From Octopus sinensis (Eukaryota): a stretch of 64,000 nucleotides of DNA. The notes under the pieces were generated by a model. It was not told the DNA's origin and searched no databases. It saw only the letters and a program-made list of their open reading frames with translations. The position numbers and the translations under genes are program-made. Numbering within the stretch: the first letter of the stretch is position 1; each line of letters begins with the position of its first letter. Shown piece after piece: positions 1 to 13,989 of the stretch. The stretch spans positions 59,210,001-59,274,000 of the forward strand of contig NC_043006.1 of assembly GCF_006345805.1 (NCBI RefSeq), read 5' to 3'.

Positions 1-588
1 GAATATACTCTTTCCTCGAACAAATATCTATTCTTCCACAAGCTTAAAAAGGCTGTAAAAGAAATTCTTATGGGGAAAAAGATCAATTACGCATAAATAA
101 AATGATTATAGATAATTGCCGGAGCAAAAAGAAAGAAAACCCGAGTATGGCATGGATAGACTATAGGAAAGCGTTTGATAGTTACCACATATTTGGATAC
201 TCAAGGCTCTTGAAACATATAAGATCTCTCCTGTCATCTCCAAATTCTTTCAAGATAGCATGGTCAAGAGGAACACTGGGATGAACCAAACTGACAACAT
301 GAACATCAAACGAGGTATCTTTGAAGGTGACTCCCTCTCCCCATTAATCTTTTGAATGGCTGTGAAATCCAAAAGATAGTGCTGACAAGTACTGCGCACA
401 TCCTTAGAAAACCCCTATCTATTTAAATGTCTGCGTTGTATTACATGAAGGTATTTCACTATATGCCTTCCCCAAGCTTTTAATCATATTGTAACGTCTC
501 TTATCTTTCACTCGCCCCAGGACGCTGGGTGTGTCTCAGCAAGTGACTAACAAAGATGCAGATTAATAGTAAAAATAACAACAACAAC

Positions 589-642
<54 letters not shown>
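1..642 (+). mobile_element. Dong/R4-type REL LINE remnant: RT fragment, C-terminus, 3' UTR and (TAA)n tail
   Basis: AWIDYRKAFDS RT motif (ORF 102-284). GIFEGDSLSPL-like motif near 310-350. Terminal KIVLTSTAHILRKPLSI* near 372-426. (AAT)n at about 590-642. Internally deleted. Confidence 0.8.
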
Positions 643-790
643 CTAGAAAACAGTATTAAGAACAGATAGGATACTTAAGAAGGTTCTTGGCATCAAAAGA
701 TACTTGTTGTAGCCCGATGTAAGTTTTTGTTTTTCAACAATCTTATCTGCAGTGCGCATATCAAATAACAACAGCAATAATAATAATATT
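643..790 (+). mobile_element. Second Dong/R4-type 3' end (different family)
   Basis: ctagaaaacagtattaagaacagataggatacttaagaaggttctt resembles QKTVLLGTARILRKVL with an indel. A short UTR and an (AAT)n tail follow. Confidence 0.55.
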
Positions 791-1008
791 TTCAAATTTT
801 GGCAAAAGGCCAAAAATTTCGGGGGAGGAGCTTATCGACCCGAGTGCTCAGCTGGTACTTGTTTTATCAGCCCCAAAAGAATGAATGACAAAGTTGTCCA
901 CAGCGAAATTTAAACTAAAAACATAGCGATGGACAAAATACCGCTAAGCATTTTGCCAGACGAGCAACCGAAGAAGAAAAAGAAGACAAAGAAGAAGCAG
1001 ACAAAGAA

Positions 1009-1352
<344 letters not shown>

Positions 1353-1479
1353 TAGCAACAAAATTTCAAAGAGTTCAAATGGTCTGTAATAACTGGAGGT
1401 CGCCATATTAGTTATTTGGTGTTGAAATTTCACATAGGGAAATATTTAAAGTAGAAATAATCCTTTTACGATAATTTGA

Positions 1480-1845
1480 GCTTGGGCTTTCTGAACTGTT
1501 GAACTACAAAGAACAGATATCTGAAATGAAGCTTGTTCATTGGCTTGGTGCATTGCGTATTCTCTAATTAATATTTTAATAACATTTACAGTACTGCCAT
1601 CTAAGAAAATTTTTGTAATTCCTCTGCGCTATTTATTGAAATTTTAATTGATTTTTTTTTGCCAATGATCTTTTGACTGGATCACCGGGATAGTCTAATT
1701 GTTTTATTTTATTGTTTTTTGTTGTTATTGTTGGAATATTTACAAAAATAATTACTGCTGTTTTGGTACAAGAAACTAAATTCCTGGTTACCGAGTCTAC
1801 GATCTGTTTTCTATTCTCGGTTAATGACATTTTCACTTTACCCAT
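1480..1845 (-). mobile_element. Possible decayed Tc1-like transposase N-terminus
   Basis: MGKVKMSLTENRKQIVD...GDPVKRSL loosely resembles the Tc1/Tc3 HTH start (MGK..LS...R.QIV...GRP.K). Similarity is weak. Confidence 0.3.
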
Positions 1846-2084
1846 AGCACAAATGCTCCCGAGGAAAGATCTTTCCAAGATCCTTATTTCTAGCACCAAT
1901 AAAGTTATTGACCTCATGCTGAATCAGTTGATAGCGATATCTTTAAACGAAACGTCGCTCTCCCAAAAAAGCTCTTTCTGACGTCATTTCCGATTTCGAT
2001 TTTCCTGGTTTCAAATATTTTGAAACGCATTCATTTTAGTAACGATTCAGAAGTTCCTGAAAATCAGAATGAAATGTTCCTTTT

Positions 2085-2089
<5 letters not shown>

Positions 2090-2151
<62 letters not shown>
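2090..2151. repeat. (AT)n microsatellite
   Basis: Seen directly. Confidence 0.98.
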
Positions 2152-2155
<4 letters not shown>

Positions 2156-3484
2156 GAGTATTCACCATCATATGATGAGTAACTGTGGAAGTGTTCTTTG
2201 CCTCCTTAGGTAATATCAGAAAATATGGTATATTCTTTTATTCTTTTATTTTTAATCTGCTTCAGTCATGTAATTTAACTTTTATCAAATTTATTGATAC
2301 TTATATACAACGATGAAAGGAACACTAATTTCTAAAAGAAAAATATTTATTAGCTTTATGAAATTAAAACGCATTTCGTATTTGAATATTTGCAATAAAT
2401 ATATGTTATTATTTCTCAAAATTTTATGAGCATAATTGCAATTTACTCCATTCAAAACCTATCTTTGCAATATTTAAATTAAAAGAATGTATATTTTTCA
2501 GAAAGTTAGTATACACTCATACTGCGTCTCTCATGTTAACTCTAAAAAATTACTATACACTTATCCTGTGCCTCTTATGCTAACTCTCTCTGTTTCTCTC
2601 TTTTACTCTGTGTCCCCTTTTATTTATACGATATATAGGATGACAGGAGAAATATTCAACCAATCATCCAACCAACCAACCAACCAACCAGCCGTTATTA
2701 AATAGAGATACCATTATCATTCTAATGAATGGAAGCTACATTTACCTAAGATCTAGTATGAAGTAAAGACCCCTAAGAGCCGATTGCAGAATTTTGGTAT
2801 AAATTAACTATAGTAACATTTTCGTTTAAAATTACTCTTTAATTTACCCAGAAATGCATAGTCACCCACAGCTATTGATATTTTCACTTCTGAAATCAAT
2901 AAATCACTGTTTAGTCATTGATGGAAAATATCGTTGATTAAATACAGGTAAAAAAAAGAAGAGTATCTATTTTAAAAACACGAAATCCCATAGTGTTAAT
3001 GGTCAGGTGTAACTGCTATTATAGTTTTTTTAGTCTCAGCTAAGTTCTGATTTAGTAGAATTACTGTCAGAGGCAGTCCAGCTGTAGCCACTCTGTGTTT
3101 CCTTCTAAATCTCAAATAAAGATCTTCTGTGTGTCCACTTTTGAGCGATGGTTGTATGCAAGTTAGAGGAATTCCGCTGGAATATATAGGCGTCTTCATA
3201 ATGTTCAGTGATCGAAAAACAAATATATTTCTGGATATGGTGCTAGTTATTGGGAAGTGGCTTTGAAGAAGAAATCCAGAAATTTTCTGAGATATTTCCA
3301 GTAAACGTATGATTCAAATAAAAACAACAGTTCGCGATTTATTAACTTGACCCTTTCTGCTCTGCAATTCTGCCCCTGCATTTACAGAAAAGAAACTGAC
3401 AATTGATGTTATATTCTTTTCAGCTTCTACATGTAAACAGACACATATACTTATATATAAAGCTATTATGTGTGTGTATGTGTA

Positions 3485-3579
<95 letters not shown>

Positions 3580-4004
3580 ATAAGCACATAAATGCAAAAC
3601 AAGGTAGAGAAAGTAGTACTCGAATACGGGACGTAGAATTATATGAATATGTAAATTTAATGCACAATATGTGGATTTATATAATCCAGTGGTAATCACA
3701 AGAAAATTTCTTTAGTGAATCAGGCTATCATCATCCTATGGATATCAATCGGTGGAATAATATAATCGCCTCATACTTCCTGACTTATGCATGCATGTAT
3801 GTATGTCATTAGTCAGATTTATTTCAAGATTTCTTGTCAATAGAGTGAGAGCCGGTTCCTGACCCAGGTCCAAGGAACCTTCATTAGAATTTCAACATCA
3901 ACAACAGGATATTTTTGTACGTATGTATGTATGTGTGTGTGTGTATGTATGTATGTATGTATGTATGTATGTATGTATGTGTATGTATGTATGTATGTAT
4001 GTAT

Positions 4005-4570
4005 GATTCTGAAAAATCAAATGAGATGGTCGGGCCATATTGTTCCAATGGATAAGCGCACACCCAAACAGTTATTTTTTGGCGAACTTGTAGGGGGAAA
4101 CGCAGTCGGTGTAAACCCCCAAAGAGGTTTAAGGACAGCATACCATGAAGTCACTTGGAATGGATCCAATGACGATAGAAGCCCTTGGTTAGGATCAAGC
4201 TGGATGGCGAACAAAAGTGTGGAGTGGGATGAAAGCTTTTGAGGAAGCCAGGAGGACAAATAAAAGACTCAAGAGAGATTTTAAAAGAACGTTGCGATTG
4301 AGAAAGTGAATCTCAGTGACAATTTTGCGTGCACAGATTGTGACAAATCATTCCTTTCTTTTGTTGGGCTATAATCTTATTTACGAATCCATGGAAAACG
4401 AACTTCCACCAACTACTCTACCTATATATCGGTACACACCTTTCAATGCTGTGTATCCCATAATGTCTGCAAATCTAACGGAGGCCTCAAAAGATATTTT
4501 AAGATCCACAAAGATCAGACCTTAACTGCAGCTCTTGGTGGTCCAAATTAGATATGCAATCTATGAAGGC
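4005..4570 (+). mobile_element. RTE-clade LINE 3' end, degenerate, with C2H2 finger remnants
   Basis: LKNQMRWSGHIVPMDKRTPKQLFFGELVGG is the RTE post-RT motif. FACTDCDKSFLSFVGL..YLRIH follows at about 4320-4395. Starts directly after (TATG)n at 3917-4004. Confidence 0.8.
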
Positions 4571-6692
4571 GTCTTTTCAATGCAATGTCTGGTTTAAAAA
4601 GCCATGCTACCTTGTTTTAGGGGATCCCGTACCTTCGTGCAAGGCTTTCAGACTATTCTTTTATCTTTCTGTGTTCTGACAGATTTTAGAAATGAGGTAA
4701 AGTTCTGATTTCATTTTTCACCTCAAGCAAAGTGGTCATTTACTTTCGAGAAGAAATGTTGTTGTTAACGTAAAGGCTTCATTCACATTTGATTCAATAA
4801 TATTTTAGCAAGCTCATTGTATTCGTGGCTACCACCTCTCTGTCAGCTACTGAATCTCAACTTGTTTTAACTTTAAATCAGCTTCGACGGAGTAGACCTA
4901 TAATCATGGTTTTTCTAAACACGACTACATTTTTGCTTTTAAATGTAGTGTAAATAAGACCACACTAATTTAATATTTCAGTGTTGCTGCTATTCCTTGC
5001 ACGTTGAAATTACCACCAAATGGTTCCCTCATTGGTTTTGAAGTTTTCTGTCATGCTATTTTATTGTAAAGAATCTATGCGTAGTTTTTTGTCTCTCAAC
5101 TTCACTATATGCCAGAGTTCGCTTGTGTCGTCCCTAATCTTTTTTCTTTATACTTATGATCTGATAGTTGTTACATCTAGATACATTTCATCCTATAGAG
5201 GTAGCACCATCCGTGAAAACACCATAATCTTACAATCACATAATTTACTTACATACATCTGAACATTTCCTCTCAAGTAAATACAACTTCTATAGATAGA
5301 ACATTAAAAATGTATCTCGTAACAGGACGGAACAGTTTCGTTTTATTTAATAGCACCAACACACAGATAGTACATGAGTGAAGAAAATATTCAAGTGAAA
5401 GGTGGCCCTCATTCTCTTTAGCGTTTGGAATTTAAGCTAAAATAACCAACCCATAAAAGCTTTTCGCTATCAAAAGACAGTTTCAAATGCACGATATATT
5501 ACTGTTACTTGTTTTACAATATTTGAGAAATAGAAAATTAAACTGCGTTGGAATTACAACATAGAAACATCAAACATGAAACTACCCAGATAAAATCTCT
5601 TATATTATTTCCTTTTCCCTATCACTCAGCTCTAAACTGTATATTGAGAATTAAAGTCCTTAAGCAGGCGCTCAATATTGCTCCCCACATATACACACAT
5701 ATACATACATACACTCACCTTAATGTAATAAATCTTATTATTTCAACCTAACTATTCACTATGTATACTTAGATACTTGAAATTCAATATATATATTTAT
5801 AGAAGTTCAATCTAAACAATTCAAAGTGTATAATTCGGTATGAATGACAAAACAACTTACTAGAAATCGTTGGTTAAAGATCGATGTTAATGAATATCGA
5901 TGAATGCTAATGTGATGAAGTTATTCCACCATATCTTCCTGAAGGATATTCGTTTAAAAGTCTCTTTTTTTTTCAATTTTCTTTTTCAATAATCTATTTT
6001 TAACGTTTTCCCCGTTTTTGTTCGTGTCTAAGAACACTGTTTTAGACGGTTTCCTCTTGGTTTTATCGCTATCGATGGGGATTAGATTGTTGTATTTCGA
6101 TTGTCTTTCATACAGAAACATGAAGTTGTTGTTATTACTGTTTAGCTCCAAGATAGAAACCGCCCCATCTTTTTATGGATACATTATCTACTTTTTTGGA
6201 TAACAATGCCTAAGGCATCTCTCGCTAATTTTAGACAGAGGTTGTTGTTTCAGTAAGGATTTGGTTACTTTTTCTTGCAGGCTGAGACCATGTAGGGTTT
6301 ATTCTCTTTAGCACACTGACAAATAATGTTTGAATTACTTTTTTTTTGTAATTTACAAGATGTAACTTTTCATACCTAAAACACATTTATTGCACAACAC
6401 CCACGCACACGCTCACACACGCACACACACACATTCACACATTCACACATTCACACATCCATACTAAGAGATATACAGTAAATGATGCTATGAGAATTGA
6501 AAATCTAAATTAAAATATGAAGGAGTTATTCAGTACTTAAAGCATTTTCTGACTTTTAACCTATCGAGGAGTATACGTGGGTTAAGAAGAAAGAGAAACC
6601 AGACCATTTAAGTTTTTGATAAAAATATTTTGTGTATATATATATATGTATATACACACACACACGCACACATACACATACACCCCCCCCCC

Positions 6693-6726
<34 letters not shown>

Positions 6727-7374
6727 ATTAAAAGTCAGATTGAATCTTGTTGGCTTGCATTGTTACCCAGCCAAAGTGGCGCATAATGAGAAAACACTTT
6801 GAATTAATCTCCCCTGAAATGTAAATATGCACGGAATGAAACAAATTTCGTGTAAATCGGATAAATGGTTGCGGAGATATTTGGCATCTTCCGGGTATAA
6901 CTACCCAAAACGGTGCATAATGGAAAAATCTCCGAAAATAATCTCTATACTGAAAGGGAAGAAACTCTTATCTTTCGATTTGACACTGACTTAACGAAAA
7001 AATACGATTTAATTTTTAGAAAAAACTAGCTGGTCCTACGCTGTCAAAAATGACGGCTAATTGTAGTATTTTATATATAAATAAGGTACATAGTAATCAC
7101 ACATATAAACATTCACATACTTCTCTTTTACGCGCACACACATATACAAATATACTCACACAGAGTTGAAACGCTATTTGATTTTTCTTTTCAGCGTTGA
7201 GTGTTCACTCACACATATAAACATTCACGTTTTACCATCCCCCCTTCCTGCCTTATTCATCTATCACCCCTTCCTTTCTCATTGATATGTTGTGACGGCG
7301 AAAAACACAAGACTATTATTATAGTAGAAAGAATGTTTCTATTTTCTCTTCTGTTAAACACAATATTTTAATCA

Positions 7375-7520
7375 TTATTTACATTATTTACATTTGACGG
7401 ATATTTGTCATCTTGTTTGTTGTAAACACAACGTTTCGGCTGATATACCCTCCAGCCTTCATCAGGTGTCTTGGGGAAATTTCGAACCAGAGTTCTCTTT
7501 CCCAAGGTTATTTTTCGATG
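7375..7520 (-). mobile_element. ~150-bp hammerhead-like-motif repeat (family H1), copy 1
   Basis: Minus strand reads gacac-CTGATGA-aggctg...cagcc-GAAACGTT-gtgtt. Homologous to 49290-49450 and 49745-49880. Abuts (TTA)n at 7530-7633. Confidence 0.75.
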
Positions 7521-7526
7521 TTGTTC

Positions 7527-7634
<108 letters not shown>

Positions 7635-7959
7635 GTAGTAGTATTAGTAGTAGTAGTAGTAGTATTTATATTTTAGCTTTCTTTAAAAGACAATATTGTA
7701 TATATATATATATATAATTCAGATATGTTTTCAGCCAAAGACTGGCCCAGGCAATATCTAACTTAATAGCACCACCTGCTAGGATCTGTCAGATTGTATA
7801 CGCTTAATCAAGTAGGGAGTTGTTAACTGCGATGTATCTAGTTATATGTGGCTTATCTGGTACCCCTCTGGTATCCAGCTATCATTTGAAGATGGCAGGA
7901 TCGTTTTGTATGATTTATTTGGGGATAATGTTAAATAGACCAGGGCCTGTTAACAGAAA

Positions 7960-8260
7960 GAAATAGCGTTGCAGTGAATTTGTGTTGTCAGCGTGAATTG
8001 TATAAGGAGTGTATGACACGTGGTACCAACCTTGGATAAATTCTGAATCTGACGTTTAGGTCGTTCAGGAAATTCTCACCGTATATTCACTGCATTTTGT
8101 AAAAGATGCAGCGCTCAAGGCATTGCTGGAAAGAATAAAGTTTCAGCGTTTCAAGGCGATCTCCATAATCAGGATAAGTCATACCTTTTATTTTTTAGTG
8201 ATTACTCTCGGGATGCATGCGCAGAGTGTGGTTTCCTAGAGGTGTTTAGCGGGTGCTTTA
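7960..8260 (-). mobile_element. CR1/L2-like LINE RT C-terminal remnant
   Basis: Minus strand KIKGMTYPDYGDRLETLKLYSFQQCLERCIFYKM resembles the CR1 motif Y.ERL..L.LYSL.RRR.R. Confidence 0.5.
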
Positions 8261-8759
8261 CAATAACGAATTTGTTGCATTGTAATGAAAGTAAAGAACA
8301 ACACAGTGTTCATTTCATATTATCATTTAAAATCGTTTTGTTTTTTAGATAAAGAAGGAGTTTTCCGTGTGGGGATGAATGCTGATCAACTGGAGTGGTT
8401 AGTCAGTGTTAGCATTCATATTTTTTCTGGCAGCCAGAACTAACTGCTTTTATTGTCTTTATTTGTCAACCGCATGCATCTTGTCTCCCCGTCTCCTCAC
8501 TGACTACAAGTCTTATCTGGCTGCTTACTGAACAGCTTATCATTTCGAGGTTTGTCCGCATTACGAGTAAGTATATCACCTATTCTTGATTACGAACAAC
8601 AAATCTGGTTCGACAGATTTCTATTGAAGTTATAAATAACATCTGTAAGTTTTTTTGATCAGATTCCAAAGAACACAATTTATCTGATCTTTGCTGACGT
8701 CATTCAAAGAATTTGTTGTGTAGCCGCTGGGCATCAATGGTTACATTTTCTATGACGTC

Positions 8760-8935
8760 AAGGGCGATAAGCTAGCAGAGTCGTTACCGCGCCGGATAAA
8801 ATGCTTAATGGAATTTTGTCTGACATTACGTTCTGATTTCTAATTCCACTGAGGTCAACGTTGCTTTCCATTCGTTTGGGATCGACAAAGTAAATACCAG
8901 TTGATTACTGGGGTGGTTGTACTCGTTTTTTCTTA
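8760..8935 (+). mobile_element. tRNA-derived SINE family B, degenerate
   Basis: agggcgataagctagcagagtcgtta...gaggtcaacgttgctttccattc matches the family B copies at 60510 and 61830. Confidence 0.7.
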
Positions 8936-11172
8936 ATAATTAGCTTCAAATCAATGTTTTCACTTGGCTTTCTTATTCCGATATTTAATTCAATACTATT
9001 AACTTGTACATACATATATACATCTTTACACATACATCAATGTATGCATATCAATACTCGCTTGTATCTGATCGGAGTGAAGCTAAATATCTCTGTGCAG
9101 TTGCCAGCCTAGAGCTGGCGTAGAGCTGTTGGAATTTGCTTCAATCAGTTGGAGGGGAGGTAGACATAATATTCGAAAGAAGAGTAGCAAGTATATGTAG
9201 TGATACCGGATAGCTTAATAGTGATTTATTATCTTTGATGACATATTTAAAACTATCCATCTCATGCCTTGAAGTTTTTAGTTGAACAAATCGACCTAGT
9301 GCATATATTTTTAAAGTCTGGTATATATTCTATCGGTCTCTTTTGACGAACTACGGTGATGGGCTTCCATATAATTACCGTTTGCCAAACTGACTCACAA
9401 GGCATAAGCCAGTCGAGAGCTATAGTAGAAGACATGGACTGAATCCGAAACCCTGTAATTGCGGAGCTGGCTTCTTAACTACATTGCCATACCTGCGTGT
9501 ATATCGAATAGTTTTCCAATTGTATTTATTTTTAAACCATTGAAATTGTATAGAAATAAATTAAGCACAATGTCTGTGATAAAATTGTTGATTCCTTCAT
9601 CTTGACGTTTTCTTTTTACTAATGACTGCATGCGTTTTTTTTTTCAACGATTTAAACATTATTAACGCTAAAATATTATCGGTAATTTACTTATTCATGT
9701 TATTTTATGTAGTGACGATTTTATAATGTGTTAATCGCAGTTTTCGAAAGGAAACAAATCATTAATGATAGCCCATCGATCAAATAGAACGTGATCCCAT
9801 CTCAAGTACATTTTCTAACCAATCGTTTATCATAGCAATGTTAGCAAGAGAGAAGTATTAAAACAAACTTCTTCACTCTCACTCTCTATATTTCAATTTA
9901 TCAAAGTTTCTTTTGTTTTGACAATTGCTTCATTATTTTTAAATGGATTTCATAGAATCCCATACGTGTGTAGAAGATAAGCTATTTGACTACATCAGAT
10001 TGCGTTGAAAATATAAAGAAAGAACAAAAATCGAAAATTTGAGAAGCAATAAATTTAAATCATTGCATCGTCAATTAAACGATCTTCTGTTATTGGTAGA
10101 ATTTAATATATTCATTTAATCTTTTCCCAACAAATATAAAACGATCTAATGAGCCAGTGTGTGATATTTGGCCGATAGCTTTCTCAGAATCAGAGTCAGA
10201 GTGATTATACATCAAATTGGAAAATGTAAATTTCTCGAACTGGAATTAATTGTAGCAGTGGTTTACAATACTGAGATAAAGGAGAATAGGGAAGGAAAAA
10301 GGTTTGTTGCTTGACTGTTTAATATACTATAAATACTACACTTGCTGCTACTTCAAAGATTGGCGACAAGATTATTGGAACAGGAGAAGAGAAAGAAAAG
10401 AACATAGAATTTAGTTATTGGAACAAACCAAGACATTTTCTTCGAGCAACCAATTTCATAAAATATTCATAGAATACACAGTATGATATTTACATTACAG
10501 TTGCAATCTAGATAGGTTAGATTTCCACACAAGCTATAAATACACCACAAATGTAAAAGTTTATTTTAAATTCGTGCTTGTTTTCTAGCTACTAACATAA
10601 AACAACGAATACTATTGCAGATATATATAGAAAATAAATTATTTGTATTCTATCTACACCATATTGGAGCGTACTTCTACTTCTGTTAAGTTTTAGATAT
10701 AAGTCACAGAGAAATCTTCTCTCAACTGAGCTATTATGTAGAGAACAGATGGTAGTCCATATGTTCTTGAAAAGGTAAATCAGCTAAGTTTTAATTAATA
10801 CATGTAGACGGAGGAGGAAGAGAGTATATAGGTATTTGAATCTCTCCTTGAATAATAAAAGACACACACACACACATACACACACATACACACATACACA
10901 GGAGTAAATTTCACGCCACGAGAATGAAGATTTTGTCCAAAATTCTTCTTTCAGAAAGAAAATAAATAACAGAATGATTTGTATAACATTTTTCTAACAG
11001 ATAGCATCATTAGTCTTGTCATTTACTGCAGCAACTAATTTATTAATTTGATAACTAATGAGATATAAAGTGAATATCATTTGATAGACTTGGTTGTAAA
11101 AGTTAATTTGAGATTATAAGATCTAACGTCAATTTTAGGAACAGTATGATTTCTGAGGGTATAAATGTGATA

Positions 11173-11492
11173 GTGGAGGCGCAATGGCCCAGTGGTTAGG
11201 GCAGCAGACTCCTGATCGGAGGATCGCGGTTTCGATACCCAGACCGGTTTTTGTCTGTGTTCATTGAACAAAAGCACCTAAAGCTCTATGAGGCTCCGGC
11301 AGGGGGTAGTGGCAACTCCTGTTGTACTCTTTCGTCACAACTTTCTCTCACTCTTTCTTCTGTTTCTTGAGTAACGTTGCGGTGGACTGGTGTCCCGTCC
11401 AGCAGGGGGGAAGACATATGTCACAGAAACTGGGAAACCGGGCCCATGAGCCTGGTTATGCTTGAAAAGGGTGCATAAATAATAAAAAAAAA
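11173..11492 (+). mobile_element. tRNA-derived SINE family C
   Basis: A box (tggcccagtggttagg), B box (ggtttcgatacc), central gcggtggactggtgtcccgtccag core and A-rich tail. Homologous to 25683 and 34623. Confidence 0.9.
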
Positions 11493-13057
11493 TTAAATAT
11501 GATAGATGCAGTGTCATTTCAGAATCGTTAGAGCATGTAAGAGAATGTCATGTGATATTTAGTTACGGCCTTTTATGTTCGGAAATTAAATTCCCTCTAG
11601 TTCGACTTTACATTTCATTCGTACGCAGTCGATAACGCAAGTACCAATACAATGTTAAATTGGAGGTTGATATAATCTTATATTTACTTCCTTGAAAAAA
11701 TACATCAATACATTTGACCATTCGTTTATCTCTTATCAAACATTTGGCTTTATTCATCGCACAGGGCATAGATAAATAAATAGAAGTTAGTATGTTTAAG
11801 ATGAAACGGTAAGTTATTATTGTTTGTTGACATTAATAAATCATCTTTCTTATGAATATACCTTTAATATGGAATGGAAATCTTAATTTCATTTGTTACA
11901 TATAATGGAATTAAGGAAACAAAGCATTTATTGGTTGCTTTTCTCAACAAATATATCACAAGATCTGATTTATGTCTTCAATCTATCATGTGTAGAAAGA
12001 TTGTTTTTTTATGTCAAAATGTCTGCCAACATAGTATTTAATGATTCACAATTTATTAATGTTGTACGATGATATGTCAAATTATAGCTGATATCTCTGT
12101 TGCTTCAGGAAACGGAAGTAGAAATAAGATATATCACATTTTAATTTGCAGATTCTACTAAAGACATTAAGTATGGAAGACAACATGGCGACTTGCAGAT
12201 ATAATAAGTCGGTATTTAAAATGTACATTTATTTTTCGCATATCAAGGCAGTAGAAACGATGATTTAGTATTCGGCTCATGGCGCAGATAGCAACTAATT
12301 TCAATCACCTTTTAAACTAAAATATAAACTTATTAAAGAAAACCACAAGCGTAAACTGAACATACCTCTTTACATGTAGACGGAGGAGGAAGAGAGTATA
12401 TAGGTATTTGAATCTCTCCTTGGATAGTAAAAGACACACACACACACATACACACACATACAAACACATACACACACATACAAACACATACACACATACA
12501 CACATACATATATATATATACACATGCACGCATACACATATACACACACACGTGTGTGTTTCTTTGTGTGTATGTGTGTGTGCGTGTGTGTATTTCTATC
12601 TGTATCATTCTAACGGTTTATACACCGTTAGAAAGCAAGATGCCACTGAATTAACTGAGACAAAACAATCTCTTGATAGACTTGTTATGTTGAAAACAAT
12701 GTGTGTCGAAGCAAAACATGTTTCGTTAAGCAGGTTACAGTCAGCACTGACGAACCTCAACTAAAGCGAAACGCGTCTGCCATTCTCGTATGTCACTGCA
12801 GCGATGATGTTCGTCCCGCTCCGATATATATTGTTTTTAACACAAATCTATAAAAAGATTTTATCTCAAAGAATTCGATAGCATCATGTCTTCTAACGGT
12901 ATGTAGACTTTAGTGTTATACAAATGATGATTAAAATGTTATGATGTTTCAAATGAGTACACCGAGTTAACTCACACACAAAAGATCACCACACACACAT
13001 ATACTCACACACGCGCGCCCGCACACACACACACACATATAAATAGATAACTCCTCA

Positions 13058-13131
<74 letters not shown>

Positions 13132-13932
13132 ACACCAAAGTCTGCCCTTCTCTTGCTGAAGTTACATTAATAAAAGTTGTATAATGCGGAACTAACATCA
13201 GTTCATATGCTTCTTCATTCTGTAATTTGTGAAAGAACACTCCAGCTTCATCTATGAATGCGATGCAGGATATGACTTCGACATGACATCCAACAGTACA
13301 AAGCTCCATAGTTCAAAAAGATTAATGGCTGTCTATTAAGATCTTTTCAAAATTAGTCTGTTAACAGCTACTTTTCTGCAACTTCAAGCCACTTTGACGA
13401 CATTTAACAAATGTACCTATGTTTGTGATTAAGTAATTTAACCTGCAAGCGACAAGATTATTAACTCAGTAATCTATAAATCAAGCGGAAGATACGGGTG
13501 TATTTCTTAAATTCATAAAGCTTGTTCTATATGACTAATAGTCATTTAAAGAGTTTAAATTACTCTGAGATCATGCATGTCAATTAATTGGCTTGTCAAT
13601 GAAGATTAAATATTTAAATTTGTGAAAGAACAAATATATTCTCTAAAGTAACTTTGAATTTAAATACCCTGAGCAATCTTAAGAACATGACAACTAAAGT
13701 ATCATAATTTTCACAGATATCTCATTCTCGCTAATGTAGCATAAGCCAATATTGAATTAAATTGTTCACAATCTAATATGAGTAATGAATGTTTGACAGT
13801 AAGTGCACATAAAATTTATGTTGACCACAGGGATTAATTCATTTTACGCATAATTATATTATTTAGACTTGACCTAAAGTAATTTTGCTACTGAAAACTC
13901 GAGAGAATGTTTGTGGGACTGACAGGAAATAT

Positions 13933-13989
<57 letters not shown>

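Noticed and set aside
5954-6230. Possible decayed Penelope RT (KTVFLDT)
   Set aside because: A single weak motif is not enough to call.
6770-7080. Helitron/MITE-like pieces (aaatttcgtgtaaatcgg; actagctgg)
   Set aside because: The boundaries and diagnostic termini could not be tied into one element.
13124-13309. Non-repetitive 61-aa ORF
   Set aside because: No recognisable domain and no convincing splice signals.
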